Shown: positions 56,725 through 64,000 of the stretch, one piece after another | Layout: the number at the start of each line of letters is the position of its first letter | How positions within the stretch are numbered: the first letter of the stretch is position 1 | Assembly (NCBI GenBank): GCA_041489255.1 | Contig: JBGPQV010000001.1 | Location: 64,001 to 128,000 of the forward strand | Origin: Thermoplasmata archaeon | Lineage (GTDB): Archaea > Thermoplasmatota > Thermoplasmata > RBG-16-68-12 > JAFNFQ01 | Direction of reading: 5' to 3' | DNA length: 64,000 nucleotides | Position numbers and translations under genes: made by a program | Notes under the pieces: model-generated | What the model saw: only the letters and a program-made list of their open reading frames with translations | What the model was told of the DNA's origin: nothing | Database searches by the model: none

Positions 56725-59700
56725 TCAACCACCTATCGTAATCGTCAGCATCATTGTCGCAGAACCGCCATCGTCGTCCGTGACTGTCAGCATGATCGTG
56801 TACGTGCCGGCCACCCCGTAGACAAGGACCTGTTCATCCATCGCGGTCATCGGGTTGACATCGGGGCTGGGGTACGGATCCGGTCCGGCTCCATTGTTGT
56901 AGTAGATTGACGTGAGTATCCTTCCGTCCCCGGAATCCCAGGTGAAGGTGAGGTCGTCGCTGCCCGGGTCTGTGGCGGTTCCCCTGAAGTGTATCCTCTG
57001 GTTGACTGCGTAGATGTAGAGATGGTCGACGGTCCAGATCCACGTGTCAGGATGCTGGACGTTGAAGGTGTGGTGCAGCGACGTCTCCATTCCACTCTCC
57101 CAAGTGATGACGAGCCATGCTGGATTGGCTCCGTTTGGCTGGCCGTTGATCGGGTCGTCGTCCGGCGTGTAGTAGGCGACCGCGGAGAACTGCCTGCTGA
57201 GCGATATCTCCACGTCGTGCAGCGTCGCCATCTGTTCGTTCGGGCTGCCAGGATACCTGATGACCTGCACCCAGCCGACCTCCTGCCCGTCCTCGTAAAG
57301 CTTGAGGATGACGTCGTGCCACTTCTCTCCCGCGATCCTCAGGGTGATGTCCGCGAGCATGTAGGCCTCGGCATCCACTATCGTCGGCGGGACGTTGAGC
57401 ACGGTGACCGCCGTCCAGTAGATTGGACCGCCGCCGGTCGTGTCGTCGTCATTGACCGATATCGTGATCGTGAAAACACCGTTATCTCCGTAGGTGTGCG
57501 AGACCGTATCGTTGACGCTGAATGGGAATATGCCGTCGGGGCTCTTCGCCGGGTCGGGTCCGACTCCGTCGTTGTAGTAGATGTGCTGGATCGTCGGTCC
57601 GTACTCGAACGTCCAGGTGAAGGTAAGGTCGTCGCTGCCAGGGTCGTTTGCGTTGGCGGTGATTTCCAGCGGCTGGCCCTCATACACCTCGAAGGGACCG
57701 ACGCGTGAGATCGTCGGCAACACGTTGGTCACGTTGATCTCCGTCTGCCAGGACGCCGAGCCCCCATCGTCGTCCGTGACGGTGAGCGCGATCGTGTAGA
57801 CCGCGTTGTCGCCATAGGTGTGGCTCGCAGCATCCGCGGCTGTGAACGGGAAGATTCCAGATGGGCTTTGCGACGGGTCTGGTCCGACGCCGTCGTTGTA
57901 GTAGATGTGCTGGATCGCCGGGCCGAGCTCGAACACCCAGTCGAACGTGAGGTCGTCGCTTCCGGGGTCGGTCGCATTCGCCGCGACCTGGAGCAGGCTG
58001 CCCTCTTCCACGGCGAACGGACCGAACGGCGAGATCTCTGGCGGGAGGTTGGCGACCACGACCTGGCCCTGCCATGATGTCGAACCGCCGTCATCGTCCT
58101 TCACCGTCAACGTGGCGGTGTAGATACCGTTGTCTCCATACGGATGCGTGCCCGTGTCAGTGGCGGTGAATGGATGTGTGCCGCCCGGGCTGTTCGGCGG
58201 GTCCGGGCCCACTCCATTGTTGTAGTAGGTGTTGGAGTCTGACGACCCGTCACCCCACGTCCACGCGAACGTGAGGTCGTCGCTGCCCGGGTCTGTTGCG
58301 GTGGCGGTGAGGAGGACCGATTGGCCTTCGTCAATGTTGGTTCCGCCAGTGACCGACACCGTCGGCGGAAGATTGCCGGGCGTGGCGGTCACCCGCAACG
58401 TCGTCCCTTGGGCACCGCTGTCGTCGTCGGTGACGAACACGGTCACGGTGAACGCGCCATTGTCGCCGTACGTGTGGCTCTTGGCGTCTGTGACGTCTCT
58501 CGGATGGATGTCGGGGCTCGGGAACGGGTCTGGGCTCGCACCGTTGTTGTAGTAGGTGGAGAATTCATCAGGAGCCCCGTAGCCCCAGGTCCACTTGAAG
58601 AGGATGTCGTCGCTGCCTGGGTCCGTGACATGGGCCGAGAACGTGATCGGGGAACCTTCATCCTGTTGCGGAGTAGAAATGCTCACGGAACCGGAGGGAA
58701 GGACGTTGAAGACTGTGACGTTGGCGGTATCTGTGTCGTTGAGGTCGCCATCGCTGACCTGCAGCGCGGCGACACCAGAGTAGTCATCACCCCATGTGTA
58801 GGTCGCCATCGGACTCTGCGACCACTGCGTGTCCCAAGTGCCATCGTTCTGGAAGTCCCACCGGTACGTCAGGTTCGCCGGGCCGTTGTCGGGGTCGTAA
58901 GAGCCGCTCCCGTCGAATTTCACGGGCGTATCCTCGGCGACGGCGTACGGTCCGCCTGCTTCCGCCAACGGTGCGCGGTTGACGTGATAGATTTCGAGCA
59001 GGGGCTTCGCGCTGTGCGCGTCGTTGATGCCGTTATGGTTCGTGTCGACCGTAGCCCGCGGCAGCATCTCCCTTCCGGGCTTGAGCACGGGCAGAATCAA
59101 CCGGTACTTGAGCAGGACATGGTGATACGGGGACGGCTTGTTGATCGGCTTGTTGCCGACGTCTGCACCTGATATGGTCACTTTCCATGTTATCGTCGTG
59201 GTGCCATCGGTATTATTGACAATTGAATCCGGCTGGGGGGTGAAGCTGTTCGGATTATAGGAATAGCCTTTTGGGACTGTTTCCTTGACCAGAGAATTCG
59301 TGGCTTTCACGAGGCTGCCGTCGCTGTAGCTGCTGTTGTAGACGCCCAGGTTTGTGACCGCGATCGTGATGTCCACCGTGTTCCCTGAGGTGTCCGGGAT
59401 ATTCTTGTACAACGGGGTCTTCCCAACGACCAGGGTCGGGTGCGTGTCCATATAATTCCACACGTCCGTCTGGGTGTTCTGGTCGTATCCTTGATTCCTC
59501 TGTGTCCAATTGTTGACCATGTCGGCCATGGCGAAAGGCAGGATTTCCCCGCCAAGGTGGATAAAGGGACCTGCCTGCACGACCTGGTTCGCTTCTGTGC
59601 ACCACCATTTCGGATCCGGCGCCATTCCGAAGATGACGGACAAGGCGTAGTTGTACGTGACCTGACCCCCCGTCGGAATGTTCCACTCCGAGAGGACTCC

Positions 59701-60021
59701 GTCTTGGGTCGTGGTGCCTCCTCCTGATTCCAGCGGATGGGGATTCAGCAACATGACTTTCTCATCCACAACTATCGGCACGGTTGCGTAGTTGGTGACT
59801 CGGTAACCGCTCGGATCGAACATCGCGATTTCTACCTGCTGAATCGTTGCGAGATTCTTCGCATAGGCTTCCCAAAGGCTCATGGGACCAGCTGAAAGCG
59901 ACGCAACCTGAGACCCCTCAGAAAGCGCCGGAGTCGAATTCAGCCCGCCAACGGCCAGAATCGAGATAAACGCACTCAGAACTAGAGCAATCGCACTGCC
60001 AATTGATAGCGCCTTAGACAC
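56725..60021 (-). CDS. Secreted PKD-repeat surface protein with DUF11-like domain
   Basis: Signal peptide; one canonical PKD (FDGSGSYDPD, YRWDF) and five DPGSDD.TF.W repeats. Confidence 0.88.
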   Translation of the reverse strand: MSKALSIGSAIALVLSAFISILAVGGLNSTPALSEGSQVASLSAGPMSLWEAYAKNLATIQQVEIAMFDPSGYRVTNYATVPIVVDEKVMLLNPHPLESGGGTTTQDGVLSEWNIPTGGQVTYNYALSVIFGMAPDPKWWCTEANQVVQAGPFIHLGGEILPFAMADMVNNWTQRNQGYDQNTQTDVWNYMDTHPTLVVGKTPLYKNIPDTSGNTVDITIAVTNLGVYNSSYSDGSLVKATNSLVKETVPKGYSYNPNSFTPQPDSIVNNTDGTTTITWKVTISGADVGNKPINKPSPYHHVLLKYRLILPVLKPGREMLPRATVDTNHNGINDAHSAKPLLEIYHVNRAPLAEAGGPYAVAEDTPVKFDGSGSYDPDNGPANLTYRWDFQNDGTWDTQWSQSPMATYTWGDDYSGVAALQVSDGDLNDTDTANVTVFNVLPSGSVSISTPQQDEGSPITFSAHVTDPGSDDILFKWTWGYGAPDEFSTYYNNGASPDPFPSPDIHPRDVTDAKSHTYGDNGAFTVTVFVTDDDSGAQGTTLRVTATPGNLPPTVSVTGGTNIDEGQSVLLTATATDPGSDDLTFAWTWGDGSSDSNTYYNNGVGPDPPNSPGGTHPFTATDTGTHPYGDNGIYTATLTVKDDDGGSTSWQGQVVVANLPPEISPFGPFAVEEGSLLQVAANATDPGSDDLTFDWVFELGPAIQHIYYNDGVGPDPSQSPSGIFPFTAADAASHTYGDNAVYTIALTVTDDDGGSASWQTEINVTNVLPTISRVGPFEVYEGQPLEITANANDPGSDDLTFTWTFEYGPTIQHIYYNDGVGPDPAKSPDGIFPFSVNDTVSHTYGDNGVFTITISVNDDDTTGGGPIYWTAVTVLNVPPTIVDAEAYMLADITLRIAGEKWHDVILKLYEDGQEVGWVQVIRYPGSPNEQMATLHDVEISLSRQFSAVAYYTPDDDPINGQPNGANPAWLVITWESGMETSLHHTFNVQHPDTWIWTVDHLYIYAVNQRIHFRGTATDPGSDDLTFTWDSGDGRILTSIYYNNGAGPDPYPSPDVNPMTAMDEQVLVYGVAGTYTIMLTVTDDDGGSATMMLTITIGG

Positions 60022-60090
60022 ACTATCCCCTCTTCTAATGCTTATGGAGCTGGCGCAGTATAAATTTTGTGCATGGAATCACGATTGATA

Positions 60091-60483
60091 CTACAGGCCG
60101 AGGAAAAGTCGGTATCCTGAGAGGCGAAGAGCCCCATCGACCAGTATGAGCGCTCCTACCGCAACCATCGAGACCACGGCCGAGATTGCCAGTCGCTCGC
60201 GTCCTCGCGATGATCGTCCGCCGATGAGGATATCCACCGCAAAGACTGCAAGAAATAGCAAAGGTGGGGCGAATAGGTCTGGCGTGAATAGCCGGAGAAG
60301 AATCAGCATGACCAGTGATGTGAGAGCGAGGCAAAATCCTCTCATCAGTGCGACCCACCATGGTTTCACTCCGAGCAGGTGCAAGGTCGCGGATTCAATG
60401 AGCCAGGTGAGCGCTATGGCCCCGAGAGCGCCTGCTGCCAACCTGGCGGTATCCGGCTCAATCATGCGGGACCACCAAGCCAT
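60091..60483 (-). CDS. Four-TM hypothetical membrane protein
   Basis: Hydrophobic 130-aa ORF upstream of the PKD gene. Confidence 0.6.
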   Translation of the reverse strand: MAWWSRMIEPDTARLAAGALGAIALTWLIESATLHLLGVKPWWVALMRGFCLALTSLVMLILLRLFTPDLFAPPLLFLAVFAVDILIGGRSSRGRERLAISAVVSMVAVGALILVDGALRLSGYRLFLGL

Positions 60484-60672
60484 AATCGGCCCTTAACTTT
60501 TCCGACGTTGTCAAAAACCTAGGGATATTCGGGCTGAGACCTAATCTCAGCGAATGATCGTTCTCCATATGTGTAGGGCGGTCGATACGATTCCTGGCAG
60601 TTCTCATCCCTGGAGATTTGACAACGCCAACTTTTCCGCAGAGTTCAAGTCGCCATCAGCGATGCACGAGGC

Positions 60673-61677
60673 GTGCTCGTCTTCCACCACGATTATCTCA
60701 AGCACCTCCAGTCCCCGTGGCATGTCGAGTCCCCCGGTCGCCTCAAAGCGATCCTGATGAGCTTGAAAGCCCGCGGCTACCTGGATGATGCTCTCGAGCC
60801 AAAGGCGGTCGGGATGGAGGATCTCAAGAGGGTCCACACGCCTGAGTTACTGGAGCATCTCAAGGAATACGGGGAGGGGCCGCTGGACCCGGACACGACG
60901 ATGCACCCCGAAACCTGGGACATCGCCCGCCTGGCCGTTGGCGGGACCGTACTGGCTGCCGAAATGGCAGTCAAGGAGAAGCGGGGCTACATCGCCCTCG
61001 TGAGACCGCCTGGCCATCATGCGGGCCCGGACTATCCTGGCGGATTCTGCTACCTGAACAACATAGCCGTCGCGGCGCACAGGCTGCTCGACAAGCTCGA
61101 CCGCGTCGCGATTCTGGACTTCGACGTCCACCACGGCAACGGCACCAACGACATCTTCTATCGCAGTCCGCGAGTCCTCTACATTTCGACGCACCAGTAC
61201 CGTATCTTCCCTGGCACGGGACCAGCCGAGGCGATAGGCGAAGGCGACGGAGTTGGCTTCACCGTGAACATCCCTTTCGCCTCCGGATGCGGGGACTCGT
61301 CATTCCGGATGGCAACGAGGGAGGTCATAGAGCCGATAGTCAAGCAGTTCGCCCCCCAGGCGATTCTGGTCAGCCTCGGGACGGACGCTCACTACATGGA
61401 TCCACTGGCCTCGCTGACTCTTTCGTCACCCGGCTATTTCGAGATGATGGCGTCAGCCCTGAAGCTCGCCAAGGAGACTTGCGAAGGACGCCTCGCGATC
61501 ACTCTGGAGGGCGGGTACAATCTCGAGGCGCTCGCGGAGGTCGTGACAGGGACGGAGGCTCTTCTGCGAGGCGACTCGCCGAACGTGGTCTTCACCGAAG
61601 TCCGCGACCCTGATTGCGCAGGCCGAAGAATAGTGCAGCTCGTGGAAGATATCCAGAGACGCCACTGGAAGCTATGA
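60673..61677 (+). CDS. Histone deacetylase-family (Zn-dependent) deacetylase
   Basis: HVESPGRL, RPPGHHA, GFCYLNN, DFDVHHGNGT, LEGGY. Confidence 0.95.
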   Translation: MLVFHHDYLKHLQSPWHVESPGRLKAILMSLKARGYLDDALEPKAVGMEDLKRVHTPELLEHLKEYGEGPLDPDTTMHPETWDIARLAVGGTVLAAEMAVKEKRGYIALVRPPGHHAGPDYPGGFCYLNNIAVAAHRLLDKLDRVAILDFDVHHGNGTNDIFYRSPRVLYISTHQYRIFPGTGPAEAIGEGDGVGFTVNIPFASGCGDSSFRMATREVIEPIVKQFAPQAILVSLGTDAHYMDPLASLTLSSPGYFEMMASALKLAKETCEGRLAITLEGGYNLEALAEVVTGTEALLRGDSPNVVFTEVRDPDCAGRRIVQLVEDIQRRHWKL

Positions 61678-62814
61678 GAAGCCCCTCCGCCTCTCCGCGA
61701 CCTTCCTGTCCTTCTCCTTCTTGATGCGGCTCTCAAGCTGGTCAAGCAGGCCCTCGAGCGCCGCGAACAAGTCCCAGTCGAAATGCCTGGCGTAGATCAT
61801 CCCCGTGGTCGTCGCGAGGCGGCAGCGCAGCGACCATTTCGTCGTATCCCCATCCCCCTTGTAAGTGACGACGTGCACGCTGAATATCTTCGGCGTGACG
61901 ATGCCGGCTATCCTCTTCATCCCCTTATGGATTATGTCGTACATCTGTTCATAGACATCCGGCTGCTCCTCGAGTCCGGATATCTGGACGAGCAGTTCCT
62001 TCCGCTCCTTGAATCCCGCAACGACCTCGAGCACATCCGCTTTCGTGACGAGACCGACCGGCTCGCTGTTCTCGGTCACGACTATCGAGGAAATCTCGTT
62101 CTGGAGCATGAGTTTCAGGGCTTGGCCGAGCTTCGCTTGCGGGCCGAGAGTGACAGGCGGCGACCGCATCAGGCTGGAAATCCTTACCCTCGCGGCGTCC
62201 TTCTCACCGGTGAAATCGCCCCTCCTTTCCTTCTGCTTCGCAGATGCAAAGAAAGCGGTGAGATCTTTCAGCCCTATCACGCCGATCAAACGCCTCTCGT
62301 CGTCCACGACCGGCACGGAGCGTTCGTGGAGGGAAGCCATGATTCGCCTCGCTTCGGTGACATCCGCCTCCCCATTGACGCAGAGGGGGGAGGAGCTCAT
62401 AACGTCCTTGACCGGCACCGCATCGGCCTCCTCTGCCTGGGCCAGCGCGCGCGTTATGTCAGTCCTGGATATCAAGCCTACGAGGCGTTTCTTCTCCGTG
62501 ACAGGCAGAGCCCTCAGATTGGCGCCCATCATTTTCTCTGCGACCGACGGCAAATCATCCTCCGGGGACACCTGCGGCGCCGAGCTGAGCACGCGGTCGG
62601 CCTTCGTGGTCGGGGGCATGTCCCGCCGCCGGGCTATCTCTGCGAGCGTCACCAAGCCGAGGAACTCGTTCTTCAGCACAATCGGTATCTCGTGAACATC
62701 CCTGGCCTTCATCAGCCCGATGATCTTGGAAAGCGACTCATCGGGAGTCGCTGTCGCAAGGTCCGTCGACATGAACTCCCGGACCTTGAGGTCCATCATC
62801 TTCGACCGCTTCAT
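61672..62814 (-). CDS. Four-CBS-domain protein with C-terminal HPF/RaiA-like domain
   Basis: Two CBS pairs (VREFMS, VKDVMS, ISSLMR); C-terminal ...DWDLFAALEGLLDQLESRIKKEK. Confidence 0.85.
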   Translation of the reverse strand: MKRSKMMDLKVREFMSTDLATATPDESLSKIIGLMKARDVHEIPIVLKNEFLGLVTLAEIARRRDMPPTTKADRVLSSAPQVSPEDDLPSVAEKMMGANLRALPVTEKKRLVGLISRTDITRALAQAEEADAVPVKDVMSSSPLCVNGEADVTEARRIMASLHERSVPVVDDERRLIGVIGLKDLTAFFASAKQKERRGDFTGEKDAARVRISSLMRSPPVTLGPQAKLGQALKLMLQNEISSIVVTENSEPVGLVTKADVLEVVAGFKERKELLVQISGLEEQPDVYEQMYDIIHKGMKRIAGIVTPKIFSVHVVTYKGDGDTTKWSLRCRLATTTGMIYARHFDWDLFAALEGLLDQLESRIKKEKDRKVAERRRGFS

Positions 62815-62888
62815 TTTCCGGCAACCTTGTGAAAGCCACAATCCGCGCTCCCATAATAACTTTATTCGCAATCGACCATGGCGGATTC

Positions 62889-63161
62889 GTGAAGGTCCGG
62901 GCGACTGCCATCTTCCGAGGGAGGGTCCAGGGCGTCTTCTTCAGGGCAAACTGCGAGATGGAGGCAGAGAGGCTGGGACTCTCCGGATACGTGAGGAATC
63001 TCGCCAACGGAGATGTAGAGGCAATCTTCGAAGGGGAGAGGGGCCTGGTGGAAGAAGCGATCGAATGGAACAAGACCTCTCAGCCCAACGCCGTCGTCAG
63101 GGATACGGAGATCGAATGGTCCGAGGCGACCGGCGAGTTCGAGGAGTTTGCGCGCCGATAG
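62889..63161 (+). CDS. acyP: Acylphosphatase
   Basis: GRVQGVFFR, GYVRNLANGDVEA. Confidence 0.95.
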   Translation: MKVRATAIFRGRVQGVFFRANCEMEAERLGLSGYVRNLANGDVEAIFEGERGLVEEAIEWNKTSQPNAVVRDTEIEWSEATGEFEEFARR

Positions 63162-63167
63162 CCGGGT

Positions 63168-64000
63168 TCATCCGGTCTCGATACCATAGATGCGCCGAGG
63201 CCACTCTTCGTGGACCTCCTGCGCCATCTCCTCTGTCATGATGCCGCTCTGCATCAGCGCTTTCGTCCTTTTTGGAACCGTGGCGGGACCGAGGACCGCT
63301 CCCGGCCTCTTGAGGTCGTCGATGTAGTCAGTCTCCATGAAGAACCTCCCGCCATTCTCGATTGCCTTCCTCACGGGTTCCTCCTTCGCGAGGATGCTTG
63401 GCATGATTCCGTGATTCTCCTCCGGCCGCACGAGTGGGGGCGAGAAATGCTTGACGACCTTCTCCCTCGGCAATCCTACGGAGTCAGCCATCTTCGCGAA
63501 CTCCTCGCATGTGGCGGGAGTCGCGCTCTCCGAGTGTATCACGACCGGACATCCGTTCTCCTTCGCCACCTCCATCCCGTGCAGGAGGATCCCGTTGCAC
63601 GCTTCGACGATGTCCCTGTCCGTCGGGAAATGGGGCCGCCCTATCTCCCCTATGGCGGTGACCTCGCCGTTTGAAACGAGCCGGCCAACGAGGTCCATCG
63701 CCTCATTCTGCACCGCCACGGCAATTTCCAGACCAAGCGTATCCTTGAGGCGAATGAGTTCGACCGGATACGGACCGACCGCCACGTACACCTTCAGCTT
63801 GGTTGCTCCCCGGACGACGTTCGCAAGGTCAAGGGTCCTTCTGAACGCCGTGTCATAGTCTCGAGCCGAAGTGAGGGGCATGTCGTGAGGCGGAATGTGA
63901 GTAAGCATCAGTGCGGTTCCGCCAGCCTTCTCGAACAGCTTTGCGGCCTCCACGCCCATTCCCGTCGGACTTAGATGCATGTGGTTATCGTAGATTCTCA
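63168..64000 (-). CDS. TatD-related metal-dependent hydrolase (start codon straddles the window edge)
   Basis: ..RIYDNHMHL, IGEIGRPH, VIHSE, METDYIDD. Confidence 0.9.
   Translation of the reverse strand, partial: RIYDNHMHLSPTGMGVEAAKLFEKAGGTALMLTHIPPHDMPLTSARDYDTAFRRTLDLANVVRGATKLKVYVAVGPYPVELIRLKDTLGLEIAVAVQNEAMDLVGRLVSNGEVTAIGEIGRPHFPTDRDIVEACNGILLHGMEVAKENGCPVVIHSESATPATCEEFAKMADSVGLPREKVVKHFSPPLVRPEENHGIMPSILAKEEPVRKAIENGGRFFMETDYIDDLKRPGAVLGPATVPKRTKALMQSGIMTEEMAQEVHEEWPRRIYGIETG

Noticed and set aside
56725-58740. Regularly recurring DNA motifs (GTCGTCGCT.CC.GGGTC) that could suggest a CRISPR-like array
   Set aside because: Spacing ~330 bp or more and fully explained by protein PKD repeats; no cas genes

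Overview
GC-rich archaeal chromosomal window, most likely an uncultured Thermoplasmatota. This is inferred from aTrm56, FEN1, SmAP, TFB, DRG, pyrBI, DUF835/KaiC, and the GGTGA/GGAGG Shine-Dalgarno and TATA motifs. It holds about 58 CDS, mostly housekeeping, with no tRNA/rRNA, CRISPR or transposase visible. Highlights: (1) a ~2390-aa cytoplasmic protein with a Zn-ribbon, a long helical-repeat rod, two Ig-like + longin-like modules and a C-terminus resembling the tail of isoleucyl-tRNA synthetase, divergent from a tandem PRC-barrel gene; (2) two related, non-canonical TFB paralogues flanking a TrmB/MEDS/korAB block; (3) three C2H2-zinc-finger/TM proteins tied to thioredoxin/TlpA/VKOR genes; (4) several probable CTG starts missed by the ORF track; (5) a candidate structured RNA at 53670-53830 and hairpin-rich 3' elements; (6) a CBS-HPF-like protein, a eukaryote-like PP2C and a DUF835-KaiC/wHTH-STAND locus; (7) an acr3 pseudogene and a frameshifted tlpA paralogue. 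All family calls are from motif recognition by eye; no database searches were run.
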